A stretch of 64,000 nt of DNA from an uncultured Gammaproteobacteria bacterium (GTDB lineage: Bacteria; Pseudomonadota; Gammaproteobacteria; CAISUE01): assembly GCA_964471475.1 (NCBI GenBank), contig CAYYFQ010000009.1:1337-65336 (forward strand), given 5' to 3'. Both the position numbers and the translations under genes were made by a program. The notes beneath the pieces were generated by a model. It worked only from the letters and a program-made list of their open reading frames with translations, did not search any database and was not told where the DNA came from. This document shows, piece after piece, positions 40,110 to 49,654 of the stretch. Every line of letters starts with the position of its first letter. Position 1 is the first letter of the stretch.

Positions 40110-41663
40110 CTATAAAGATTTATTATTTGCAGTTGGGTAGAGATAAGGCTCTGGCCCAATTTTGATATATTTCACCATAAGGTAGAGTTCCACTACCGCA
40201 AGTGCCGAATAAAAGAGCACAAAACCCGTTAAGCTGATCCATAAATCGGAGGGAGCCAAAGAAGAAGTTCCCAAAAAAGTTGGGAGAACGCCATCGACTG
40301 CCCAAGGTTGACGGCCATTTTCAGCAACAAACCAACCCGTTTCTATAGCTAACCAGGGTAATGGCAAACTGCAAGCAGCCACCCATAAAAATAGCTTACT
40401 TTTCGTAATGCGACGTCGGCAACACACATAAAAGGCATATAAAAAGAGTCCTAGCATGAAAAATGCACAGCTCACCATGACGCGGAAGGTCCAGAAAATC
40501 GGGCCAACGGGGGGGATGGTGTCGTGAGCGGCTTGCATGATTTGTGCAGGCGTTGCATCGATCACGTTTTCCGTATAGCGTTTGAGTAAGAGGCTGTAGC
40601 CCAAATTGCTTTGATGTGCTGCTAAAGTTTTTTGAGCGTCTGCATCGTTAGGATTTTTCAATAAAGTTTGAAGTGCGCTATAGGCTTTTATGCCGTCAAT
40701 GATGCGTGCTTGGTTTTCAGTCACTAAATTGTTGATGCCTGCAATCGGCTCATCCAAAGAGCGTGTCGCAATTAATCCTAATACGTAAGGGACTTTGAGC
40801 GCGTAGTGCGTAGTCTGCGTTTCAGAATCTGGAATGCCAAAAATGGTAAAGCTTGCAGGAGCAGTTTCCGTATTCCACATAGCTTCCATCGCGGCCATTT
40901 TCATTTTTTGATTTTGTCCATCCAGATAACCGCTTTCATCACCTAAGACAATGACGGAAAGCGCTGCAGCCAAGCCAAAAGAAGCTGCCACGGTAATAGA
41001 TCGCAATGCAAAAGCTTTATTGCGGTTGAGGAGTAAATACATGGCGCTAATGCTTAAAACAAACATGGCACCAGTGACATAACCTGCGCTGACGGTATGT
41101 ACAAATTTGGCTTGCCCGACAGGATTAAACAAAACATCTGCAAAATTGCTGACTTCCATGCGTAAGGTTTGAAAGTCAAAAAAAGCGCCGGTAGGATGTT
41201 GCATCCATCCATTAGCCACCAGAATCCACAAGGCAGATAAATTGGAGCCTAAAGCTACCATCCAAGTGACGACTAAGTGTTGTACTTTAGTTAAACGTTG
41301 CCAACCAAAGAAAAATAAACCTACGAAAGAAGCTTCGAGGAAAAATGCCATAAAGCCTTCAATCGCAAGTGGAGTACCAAAAACATCTCCCACATAGTGC
41401 GAATAATAAGCCCAGTTCGTTCCAAATTGAAATTCCATTGTAATGCCGGTTGCTACCCCCATCGCAAAGTTAATACCAAAGAGCATCCCCCAAAATTTGG
41501 TCATTTGTCGCCAAATGATGCGATTGGTCATCACATAAATGCTTTCCATGATGCCAAGCAAGACAGAAAGACCTAAGGTCAAAGGAACAAACAAAAAGTG
41601 GTATAAAGCAGTCATACCAAATTGAATGCGTGAGAGGGTAACAACGTCAAGAGAAGCGATCAT
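40110..41663 (-). CDS. cydA: cytochrome bd ubiquinol oxidase subunit I
   Basis: 517 aa. LSRIQFGMTALYHFLFVPLTLGL and GWFVAENGRQPW motifs. Confidence 0.96.
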   Translation of the reverse strand: MIASLDVVTLSRIQFGMTALYHFLFVPLTLGLSVLLGIMESIYVMTNRIIWRQMTKFWGMLFGINFAMGVATGITMEFQFGTNWAYYSHYVGDVFGTPLAIEGFMAFFLEASFVGLFFFGWQRLTKVQHLVVTWMVALGSNLSALWILVANGWMQHPTGAFFDFQTLRMEVSNFADVLFNPVGQAKFVHTVSAGYVTGAMFVLSISAMYLLLNRNKAFALRSITVAASFGLAAALSVIVLGDESGYLDGQNQKMKMAAMEAMWNTETAPASFTIFGIPDSETQTTHYALKVPYVLGLIATRSLDEPIAGINNLVTENQARIIDGIKAYSALQTLLKNPNDADAQKTLAAHQSNLGYSLLLKRYTENVIDATPAQIMQAAHDTIPPVGPIFWTFRVMVSCAFFMLGLFLYAFYVCCRRRITKSKLFLWVAACSLPLPWLAIETGWFVAENGRQPWAVDGVLPTFLGTSSLAPSDLWISLTGFVLFYSALAVVELYLMVKYIKIGPEPYLYPTANNKSL

Positions 41664-41742
41664 AAGTTTTTTAGTGAGTAGAAGTTGATGAAGAAGTGGA
41701 AGAGAAAATATGCACTAAGCCATTTGCCTGCATGCTTGCGCT

Positions 41743-41847
41743 CAGGGGATGACTAAAGCAAATCCACCACAAGGATGTTAATAAAATTACTTTTAAAATC
41801 AAGCAGAGTGTAATTTCTTTTGCGAGTCTAAGTTTAGGTTTAGCCAT
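41743..41847 (-). CDS. possible small membrane peptide upstream of cydA (CydP-like?)
   Basis: My own translation: MAKPKLRLAKEITLCLILKVILLTSLWWIALVIP (34 aa). The basic N-terminus plus one TM helix resembles the small cyd-operon leader proteins I recall annotated as CydP. Confidence 0.3.
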
Positions 41848-41892
41848 GTTTTTTACTCTCTATATACCTTGTCAGAAAATTATCCTTAAATA

Positions 41893-41916
41893 CGCTTGTG
41901 ATGCGCATCACAAGCG
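41893..41916. promoter_or_regulatory. perfect 24-bp palindrome containing TGTGA-N6-TCACA (CRP-family half-sites) in the cyd leader
   Basis: cgcttgtgatgcgcatcacaagcg, read directly. Lies between the predicted cyd promoter and the first ORF. Confidence 0.45.
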
Positions 41917-41959
41917 CGCATGTATGGATAATTATTCTGAAAAATTGTAGTTGCGCGTT

Positions 41960-42000
41960 ATTATAATAGATTTTGAGAGTGGCTGATTGATATAAATCAA
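41960..42000 (-). promoter_or_regulatory. candidate class-II FNR/ANR-type promoter of the cyd operon
   Basis: TTGAT-ATAA-ATCAA at 41987-42000 is a perfect FNR-consensus palindrome. Minus-strand TATAAT lies at 41965-41960. The two centres are 31 bp apart. Confidence 0.5.
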
Positions 42001-42150
42001 GAATTAAGTGTTTTGGGTTGAGATAGCTCGAAAATTTCTAACGGGTGCCAGCGTAGGCGGGCGTGCCCAGGCAAGTAAGCCTCTTGGGAAGGAGAAGCGA
42101 AATGTAGTTATCTTAATAACGTATCGCCAAAAATACTGGGATGATGACGT

Positions 42151-44151
42151 TTAATGTGTGTTCTTTGGAGGAGAAAATAACTCAACATCAACGTTTTCTA
42201 TATTTGTTTGGGCGTCATATAATTTCTCGGTAGCGCGGCTTCTAAGGAAAAAAGCTCCAAAGCAAGTAGTATTGCTGTGCTTAGCTGCTCGACGAATATT
42301 GTCTAACCCTTGTTTAAAGTCTTCTGGAGATTTTGTTAAGTTGTCGGCGTTATGCGCATACTCCATCATCGCATGGACGCGATGAGGCACGGTTAAAGTT
42401 TCTCCATTTAATATAAATTTTTTACCGCCCCAGAAACTGACTTGCTGATGCCAAAATTCGAGTTTGTCGAGTTTTAATTGTTTGATTAGCGTTTTATTCT
42501 TTTGTGCGTTATCACTCTGCACCATTAGCGCTTCATTCTGGTTTGTGTTATTACTCTGCGCAATTGACGATGTATTCTTCTTTGGGGGAGTCCAGCCACA
42601 TCGGTCGCTCAGTGGGGGGGGTTGTGGGTTCGTCCTAAGTCTAGCAAGAGCTTGCTGGGAACTCGCCTTGAGGGGACCGTGGTAGCCGCGTGCACTCGCC
42701 GGTGATTGAGCGAAGAGAGTCGTTTGCGGCGGTGCGCAATCAGGAATTGGATGGAGTGAGGGTGGCGTCACCGTTGCTACAGGCACCACCTCATTAGGAG
42801 AGTTGGGTTCAGCAGCATTATGAGCCTGGGAATTGTTAGAAAGACTTGGTGCGGCGGCAGAGTGGCTGCTGGCGTTCGAATTTCGATCTTCTGCGCTGCG
42901 TTTTGGAGGTGAGGGGCTTTGCTCTGCATTTGATGATGTTAATTTTTCTAATGCTGGTTGTGCTATTTCTTTTATGGCATCTTTCAGGTGTATTTTTCCT
43001 GAAGTGGGTTTCAAGGGGGGTAGTATGCTCATGAGCTCAACAAACTGTTGAAGTGTTAGCATCTTGGCCTCTACGGCATTCCGGACACATTGTAAAATAT
43101 GTTCTTTGAATTGTGAGTTTGAAAGAAGCGATTTTTTTTCTTCAATTTCTTTTATTAAGGCAATGCAATCATCCAATGTAGGGGTAAGCTCAATTAAGCG
43201 AGGTACAACGTGCTTAATGACAGCGCTGGGCACGCTTTTCTCTGTTGCACTTCCTTTGGAAGCGGCGATTTGCCGACTCTCAATACTATTAATGAATGAG
43301 ATGGCAGCATGCAGATCGTGTAGAGTGTCGTCATCTGTTAAGGTATGGCAGATGCTATTAATTTGCGCGATGGTTTTTGCGCCATTAATTCTGTCGGTAG
43401 GATTTCTGCTTGATTTTTCTGTCGTTACCGATGAAGAAGGGGTGATATCTGAAGCCAATGGGCTGTGACTGGCAGAGCTGCTTCCAATATGATCAAAAGA
43501 ATTATCAAAAGAGCTTGCAGCCGATGCCCTTCTTTGCGATGGAATATTTATCGGGGGTGAAGCAGGAAAAGTGACTGCTGTTTCTAGCGCCAAAGTTTTT
43601 GGGTAAAACCTAAGTGTTTTACGATCTTCGGAGAGCTGAAATTGGCCGTCGCAACTTGGATCTATCGTGTAGTCTATTAAGTGATCAAGAACGGGTGAGC
43701 TGATGTTTGTAGGTAAAATAATACGTTCAAGAGTGGGGATGAGTGTGCTGTATAAATACGTTAATTTTTTTTCTACTCTATTTTTGGTTTGTTCAGGTGT
43801 TTCTCTTAATAAATCACCTTCAGTATTCTCCAGAAGGAGATAAGCATCTTTCGCATTGTCCCATACCGTTTGTGTTATGTCTGCGTCTGGATAAACAAAA
43901 TAGTATCGAGATTTTAAATTGGTCTTTTGTTGTAAAAGCGTATTGGCCTGTTGGATCAGGAGTTCGTGATGAGTACGCATTTCTCCACTATGAGTAGCTT
44001 GTTTGCTTTCTGCTACCTCTTTGAGTTTTTGAAACTCACGTTGCACTTCCTTATCTTCCTCACTTACAGATTTTACTGTAACAAGAGCGATAGCTTCTTC
44101 TGGTTGGAGAAGCTCTTCTGTTGATTGATATGTAATTTCTGTTCGGGCCAT
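42151..44151 (-). CDS. large orphan protein (666 aa) with Ser/Pro-rich central region; effector-like
   Basis: Long ORF in AT-rich DNA with no domain recognised. Low-complexity S/P/N-rich middle section. Confidence 0.7.
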   Translation of the reverse strand: MARTEITYQSTEELLQPEEAIALVTVKSVSEEDKEVQREFQKLKEVAESKQATHSGEMRTHHELLIQQANTLLQQKTNLKSRYYFVYPDADITQTVWDNAKDAYLLLENTEGDLLRETPEQTKNRVEKKLTYLYSTLIPTLERIILPTNISSPVLDHLIDYTIDPSCDGQFQLSEDRKTLRFYPKTLALETAVTFPASPPINIPSQRRASAASSFDNSFDHIGSSSASHSPLASDITPSSSVTTEKSSRNPTDRINGAKTIAQINSICHTLTDDDTLHDLHAAISFINSIESRQIAASKGSATEKSVPSAVIKHVVPRLIELTPTLDDCIALIKEIEEKKSLLSNSQFKEHILQCVRNAVEAKMLTLQQFVELMSILPPLKPTSGKIHLKDAIKEIAQPALEKLTSSNAEQSPSPPKRSAEDRNSNASSHSAAAPSLSNNSQAHNAAEPNSPNEVVPVATVTPPSLHPIPDCAPPQTTLFAQSPASARGYHGPLKASSQQALARLRTNPQPPPLSDRCGWTPPKKNTSSIAQSNNTNQNEALMVQSDNAQKNKTLIKQLKLDKLEFWHQQVSFWGGKKFILNGETLTVPHRVHAMMEYAHNADNLTKSPEDFKQGLDNIRRAAKHSNTTCFGAFFLRSRATEKLYDAQTNIENVDVELFSPPKNTH

Positions 44152-44250
44152 AACTAGTACCTCTTCTTATAATTAATTGCTCTCTTAGCTACCATTGTAT
44201 ATGATTTTAGCTTAATAAAATATGAAGTTAAGGGCGACTTTTCGGAAGCT

Positions 44251-44444
44251 TCAGGGCGAACGCATTATAGAGCCACGCCAGTATTGAATTGTAGAGCAGT
44301 TGTTTGAACCGCTGTCATCCCGGCGAAGGCCGGGATCCAATGTGTTAAAGCATTAACGAAATTTTTTTAAAAGCTTGGATCCCGGCCTTCGCCGGGATGA
44401 CAGTAGCTCAATGTTGGCGTGGGTTTAAAATGCGTTCCCCGTGT
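44251..44444 (+). mobile_element. family-B 194-bp nested-palindromic MITE, copy 1, flanked by 8-bp duplication cggaagct
   Basis: Identical to 56172-56365. Arms ggcgaacgcatt/aatgcgttcccc, ccacgcca/tggcgtgg, gctgtcatcccggcgaaggccgggatccaa/ttggatcccggccttcgccgggatgacag. Direct repeat at 44243-44250 and 44445-44452. Confidence 0.85.
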
Positions 44445-44682
44445 CGGAAGCTTGATTTCAGGGCTTCCGTAAAAAACGAAAAACCGAAGTCTGACCTCAT
44501 AACGTACTATCCTATCAAGATGTAATCATTTACCTTATAAATTTGATTTTATTTGAATTTAACATCTTTTTAAGAGGGGCGCAATAGGACGGAAGTCAGC
44601 CATGTCGTCTGCAAACATATTGGCAATTTCACCAATTTCAAGGATAATTCTTGTACTTTCTAATTAACTACCACACTCCACC

Positions 44683-45792
44683 ATGACCGACTCTATTATT
44701 GAACTCATCGGGGTCTCCAAATACTACCACGATACCCCCGTATTACACGAAATTAATTTATCGGTAAAAAATGGTGAATTTCTTACCTTGTTAGGCCCTT
44801 CAGGGTGTGGAAAAACTACATTATTAAGATTGATTTCGGGTTTTGAAGAGCCAAGTACTGGGCAAATTTGGATTGGGGGGCAGAATATGGAAGGCATTCC
44901 TCCCAATCATCGTTATGTGAATACGGTCTTTCAAAGTTATGCGTTATTTCCTCATATGAGCGTTTTTGACAATGTTGCTTTTGGGTTACGGTGTAAAGGA
45001 GTGCCTGCGAATGAAATTAGCGATGCGGTGCATGATGCGTTAAAAATGGTGAAATTAGATGCCTATATGCACCGCAAGCCAAATCAATTAAGTGGTGGTC
45101 AGCAACAACGTGTGGCGATTGCGCGAGCTGTGGTTAATAAACCGTTAGTGTTATTGCTCGATGAACCTTTAAGCTCTCTGGATTATCGCTTAAGAAAAAT
45201 GATGCAACTTGAATTAAAGCAATTGCAACATGAATTAGGGATTACTTTTATTTTTGTGACCCATGATCAAGAAGAAGCATTGTCCATGTCTGATCGTATT
45301 GTGGTATTAAGTGAAGGCTACATTGCGCAAATTGGCACGCCACGCGAAGTGTATGAAGACCCCACCGATATTGCAGTGGCTAAGTTTGTAGGCGAAGCCA
45401 ATTTTTTTGCTACGGAGTTAATAGAAGCAGATTCCCATTTTATTGAAGTGATCATTGAGCGCAAAAAATTTAAATTTAAAAATCGCAAGAATATTAAAGC
45501 GGGTGATAAGATTGTGACATTAGTTCGACCGGAAGATTTGCAAGTATGGTCGCTTGCTGAAATGCAAAATCAAAACACCGATCATATGTTTGCCGCGACG
45601 GTGGATCAAGTGATTTATAAAGGGGTGACGGTGGATTTATTATTAACGCTTCACTCAGGCAAAAAAGTCGCGGCGACACAGTTTTTTAATGAAGATGATG
45701 AAAAATTAGATTTCAATGTGGGCGAAGCTGTTTGGGTGGAGTGGTATCCAGGTTGGGAAACTATTTTACACTCAGATGAGGAGCTAGAATGA
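44683..45792 (+). CDS. potA: spermidine/putrescine ABC transporter ATP-binding protein
   Basis: 369 aa. Walker A GPSGCGKTT, signature LSGGQQQRVAIARA, C-terminal TOBE-like domain. Followed by potBCD. Confidence 0.92.
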   Translation: MTDSIIELIGVSKYYHDTPVLHEINLSVKNGEFLTLLGPSGCGKTTLLRLISGFEEPSTGQIWIGGQNMEGIPPNHRYVNTVFQSYALFPHMSVFDNVAFGLRCKGVPANEISDAVHDALKMVKLDAYMHRKPNQLSGGQQQRVAIARAVVNKPLVLLLDEPLSSLDYRLRKMMQLELKQLQHELGITFIFVTHDQEEALSMSDRIVVLSEGYIAQIGTPREVYEDPTDIAVAKFVGEANFFATELIEADSHFIEVIIERKKFKFKNRKNIKAGDKIVTLVRPEDLQVWSLAEMQNQNTDHMFAATVDQVIYKGVTVDLLLTLHSGKKVAATQFFNEDDEKLDFNVGEAVWVEWYPGWETILHSDEELE

Positions 45793-46649
45793 AAACGCTT
45801 CGTTTCACTTTCAAAAACTTTAGCATCAGCCTCACTTGGTTTTGGCTCGCTTTTTTTGCTTTAATCCCGGTGTTTTTAATGTTGATGACCAGTCTGGTGC
45901 AGCAGGGCGATAATGAGTTAATTCGTTTGCAATTAACCTTTGCCAATTACACGCAATTGTTAAATCCCATGTACATTAAAATTTTTTGGCGGTCTTTGGA
46001 AGTGGCTTTTTTAGTCACTGTGTTCTGTTTGATTTTAGCCTATCCTTTGGCCTATATCATTGCACGCTTACCTGAGCGCTATAAAAATTTATTGATGTTA
46101 CTCATTATTATTCCTTTTTGGACCAGTTCTTTAATTCGGACCTATGCCATTGTGGTGTTATTAAAAGCCAAAGGTATTTTAAATAGTTTTTTATTAATGA
46201 TTGGCTTGATTCATCAGCCTTTGCAGTTACTTTACACAGATACAGCTGCCGTGATTGGTTTAATTTACACGTTGTTGCCCTTCATGATTTTGCCACTTTA
46301 CTCCACGATTGAAAAATTAGACACGAGGCTTCTTGATGCGGCGCGCGATCTTGGTGCGAACAGTTGGCAAATTTTTTGGCGCATATTGATTCCTCTTACG
46401 ATGCCTGGAATTATTGCAGGTTGTATGTTAGTGTTTTTGCCCGCCATGAGCTTGTTTTATATTCCCAATATCTTGGGGGGCGCTAAGACGATGTTTGTAG
46501 GAAATCTTATCGAAAATCAATTTTTAGCAGCGAGGAATTGGCCGCTGGGCGCCAGTATTAGCATTATTTTGAGTTTATTAATGGGTTTAATGTTGTATGC
46601 TTATTCCAGATCACAAGGGAAGTTAAAGGGTGAACTTGCTGGAGACTAA
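45789..46649 (+). CDS. potB: spermidine/putrescine ABC transporter permease
   Basis: 286 aa, 6 TM, EAA loop (LDAARDLGA). Operon context. Confidence 0.9.
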   Translation: MKTLRFTFKNFSISLTWFWLAFFALIPVFLMLMTSLVQQGDNELIRLQLTFANYTQLLNPMYIKIFWRSLEVAFLVTVFCLILAYPLAYIIARLPERYKNLLMLLIIIPFWTSSLIRTYAIVVLLKAKGILNSFLLMIGLIHQPLQLLYTDTAAVIGLIYTLLPFMILPLYSTIEKLDTRLLDAARDLGANSWQIFWRILIPLTMPGIIAGCMLVFLPAMSLFYIPNILGGAKTMFVGNLIENQFLAARNWPLGASISIILSLLMGLMLYAYSRSQGKLKGELAGD

Positions 46650-46673
46650 CCAACAAACAAGGCAAATGATTCA

Positions 46674-47444
46674 ATGAACAAAATTAGCAAAATACTTTAC
46701 TCTCTATTTATTTATTTTTTCTTTTATGTGCCCATTATTATTCTCATTATTTACTCATTTAATAATTCCTCTTACTCCTTGGTGTGGCATGGATTCACAT
46801 GGGAATGGTACAAAGAGCTCTGGCAAGATTCCGACTTGCAAGTAGTCACGATGCATTCGCTGGTTATTGGCGTCTTAGCAGCCAGCATTGCGACAGTGCT
46901 TGGCACGATTGCGGCAGTGAGTTTATACCGTTATCAATTTCACGGTAAAAAATTATTGCATGCTTTAATTTTTATTTTAATTGTGTCGCCTGAAATTGTG
47001 ATGGGAATTTCTTTGCTTATATTATTTTCTGCCTTAAAAGCGCCTCTTGGCTTTTGGACATTGTTACTTTCGCATATTACTTTATGTTTTCCTTTTGTTG
47101 CAGTGACTATTTACAGCCGATTAATTGGATTTGATAAAAATATTTTTGAAGCTGCTAAAGATCTGGGCGCAAAAGATTTCATTATTTTTTTTAAAATTAT
47201 CGTGCCATTGCTAATGCCGGCCATTTTAGCGGCGTGGCTGCTTAGTTTTACGTTATCGCTTGATGATGTCATGATTTCTTATTTTGTGACAGGGCCTGAT
47301 TTTAATATTTTGCCTCTCCAAATTTATTCGATGGTACGCTTAGGAGTGACGCCCGAAATTAATGCTTTATGCGCAGCGTTATTTGTAATTACTCTAGTGA
47401 TTGTTACGGTCTCTCAATTGGCTTTGCAAAAGAAGGATTCATGA
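46674..47444 (+). CDS. potC: spermidine/putrescine ABC transporter permease
   Basis: 256 aa. EAA loop (FEAAKDLGA). Operon context. Confidence 0.9.
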   Translation: MNKISKILYSLFIYFFFYVPIIILIIYSFNNSSYSLVWHGFTWEWYKELWQDSDLQVVTMHSLVIGVLAASIATVLGTIAAVSLYRYQFHGKKLLHALIFILIVSPEIVMGISLLILFSALKAPLGFWTLLLSHITLCFPFVAVTIYSRLIGFDKNIFEAAKDLGAKDFIIFFKIIVPLLMPAILAAWLLSFTLSLDDVMISYFVTGPDFNILPLQIYSMVRLGVTPEINALCAALFVITLVIVTVSQLALQKKDS

Positions 47445-48481
47445 TGTTTAAAAAAATATGGCTTATTATTTTTGGGGTTTTGCTGCTTAATTTTTCTTAT
47501 GCGCAAGAAGAAAAAATTCTTAACGTCTATAATTGGTCCGGATATTTTCCTGATGATTTGCTGCAACAATTTGAGAAAGAAACGGGAATCCATATTAATT
47601 ACTCTACTTATGATAGTAATGAGACCTTGTATGCTAAGCTCAAAGCTAATCCAGATGCGGGTTACGATATTGTCGTACCTTCTACTTATTTTGTTGACCG
47701 TATGCGTCGTGAAAAAATGTTGGAGAAATTAGATAAAACAAAAATCGTGGGTTTCGAGAATTTAAACCCTACTCTTTTAAACAAAAGTTATGATCCTTTT
47801 AATAACTACAGTATCCCTTATTTAACCAGTGTGACAGGTATCGTTTATAATGATCTTTACTACCAGCCAGGGACAATTACCAAATGGAGTGATTTGTGGG
47901 ATAAAAAATTTCGTGATCAATTGTTGATGTTAGATGATGTGCGCGAAGTATTTTCTGTGGCATTAATTGTATTGGGATATTCGCCTAACACTACTCGCCC
48001 TGAACAAATTCATGCAGCTTATGTAAAGCTGAAACGGTTGTTGCCCAATATTAAATTATTTAATACCGAAGCACCCAAGGCTATTTTGATTGATGAAGAT
48101 GCAACGGTAGGCATGGCGTGGACGGGAGATGCGTTTTTGGCTAGCCAAGATAACCCTCATTTGCATTTTGTATTTCCCGAAGATGGGTTTATCGTGGCGC
48201 AAGATAGTGTGGTGATTCCTATGAATGCACCGCATGAAGATAATGCGTATAAATTTATCAATTTTATTTTACGACCTGAAAATGCAGCCCGCATTAGTGA
48301 AAATACGGGCTATATTTCCCCTAATCGTTATGCTTATAAATATTTACCAGAAAAGTTTCGTCACAGCCCTATTTTATTTCCATCAGCTAAAATAATGGAA
48401 CGAGGAATTTTTCAATTAGATGTTGGAGACGCAGCCAACCTTTATGAAAAATATTTGGAACAACTTAAATTAAGTGCTTAA
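47441..48481 (+). CDS. potD: spermidine/putrescine-binding periplasmic protein
   Basis: Start moved to ATG 47441 (MMFKKIWLIIFGVLLLNFSYA signal peptide, overlapping the potC stop). LNVYNWSGY motif of PotD/PotF. Confidence 0.9.
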   Translation: MMFKKIWLIIFGVLLLNFSYAQEEKILNVYNWSGYFPDDLLQQFEKETGIHINYSTYDSNETLYAKLKANPDAGYDIVVPSTYFVDRMRREKMLEKLDKTKIVGFENLNPTLLNKSYDPFNNYSIPYLTSVTGIVYNDLYYQPGTITKWSDLWDKKFRDQLLMLDDVREVFSVALIVLGYSPNTTRPEQIHAAYVKLKRLLPNIKLFNTEAPKAILIDEDATVGMAWTGDAFLASQDNPHLHFVFPEDGFIVAQDSVVIPMNAPHEDNAYKFINFILRPENAARISENTGYISPNRYAYKYLPEKFRHSPILFPSAKIMERGIFQLDVGDAANLYEKYLEQLKLSA

Positions 48482-48486
48482 TCACC

Positions 48487-49647
48487 ATGAAGCCTACGGA
48501 ACTAGAGTACGAAGCCGATTTACAAAAGCGCCATAAACAAGGTGCTTTTGTCACATTAGTAGGTGCTTTTTTTAATGTATTGCTTGCTGCGATCAAATGT
48601 TTAGCGGGATGGTTTGGAAATTCGCATGCCTTGTTTGCGGATGGCATTCACTCCTTATCAGATCTTTTTGCGGATGGTATCGTCTTTTTAGCCTCAAAAT
48701 TTGGTAATGAAAAAGCTGATGAAGAACATCCTTATGGTCATCATCGCATGGAAACTGCGGCAACGATTGCCATTGCTTTATTTTTGCTAACCGCCGCGGT
48801 GGGCATTATTGGGACAGGCGGGGATCATGTATTGCATCCAAATCATGATACGCGTATTCAGCCTTATGTTTTAGGGATTGCTTTTTTAGCGCTCGTTATC
48901 AATGAAGCGATTTATTGGCTGACATTGCGAGTGGCTAAAAAAATTCACTCTGATATGTTAATTGCTCATGCGTGGCATCGCCGCAGTGATGCGATTGCGT
49001 CCTTGATTGTATTGTTAGGCATCGCAGGTTCGATGCTAGGTTTTTATTATTTGGATGGGATTGCGGCTATTTTGGTAGGTTTATTTATTTTACGGATGGC
49101 GTGGGGGATGGGCCGCAAAGCTTTTGATGAGTTAGTTGATAGAGGTGTAAGTGAAGCGGAGTTGACGGCTATTACACAAGCTATTTTAAAAGAAGAGGGT
49201 GTGATTGGAATTCATCAATTACGTACGCGTTTATCTGGTGGAAAAATTATTGCAGATGTTCATTTAATGGTTGATCCTTTGGTGAGTGTTTCTGAAGGGC
49301 ATTACATTGGTGAACAAGTCTATGCATTATTAAGAAAACAATTTCCTGATTTAAGCGATGTCACAGTTCATGTGGATTCAGAGAATGATGAATTTGTGCA
49401 CACTAATTTAAGTTTGCCTGGGCGTAAAAAAATTTTAGCCATGCTTGATTCTATGAAAAGTGAACTGCCTTATTTCGAGGAGGCACATGTCAAAATGATT
49501 CACTATATGGGGTTAAATATTCTCGTGGAATTGATTTTTCCCGTAGATATTTTAAATAAAATAAGCAAAAATAATTTGCAGACACAGTATTCAACTTTAA
49601 TCAAAGCACGCTTTCCAACGTTAAACGTTCAACTATATTTCGAGTAA
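48487..49647 (+). CDS. cation diffusion facilitator (CDF) family transporter
   Basis: 386 aa. HALFADGIHSLSD, EEHPYGHHRMET and HAWHRRSD motifs. Longer C-terminal tail than FieF. Confidence 0.88.
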   Translation: MKPTELEYEADLQKRHKQGAFVTLVGAFFNVLLAAIKCLAGWFGNSHALFADGIHSLSDLFADGIVFLASKFGNEKADEEHPYGHHRMETAATIAIALFLLTAAVGIIGTGGDHVLHPNHDTRIQPYVLGIAFLALVINEAIYWLTLRVAKKIHSDMLIAHAWHRRSDAIASLIVLLGIAGSMLGFYYLDGIAAILVGLFILRMAWGMGRKAFDELVDRGVSEAELTAITQAILKEEGVIGIHQLRTRLSGGKIIADVHLMVDPLVSVSEGHYIGEQVYALLRKQFPDLSDVTVHVDSENDEFVHTNLSLPGRKKILAMLDSMKSELPYFEEAHVKMIHYMGLNILVELIFPVDILNKISKNNLQTQYSTLIKARFPTLNVQLYFE

Positions 49648-49654
49648 TGATGAT

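Noticed and set aside
42158-43997. Plus-strand ORFs antisense to the 666-aa gene: 42158, 42464, 42833, 42846, 43064 (134 aa), 43743
   Set aside because: They are fragmented, mutually overlapping, and all lie inside one long uninterrupted minus-strand ORF.
44209-44232. PmrA-like box upstream of the 666-aa gene
   Set aside because: Only the promoter-proximal half (tatTAAGct) is in register. The second TTAA core is 16 bp away instead of 11, on the opposite helix face. It is reported only as homology to the 807-aa gene promoter, not as a PmrA site.
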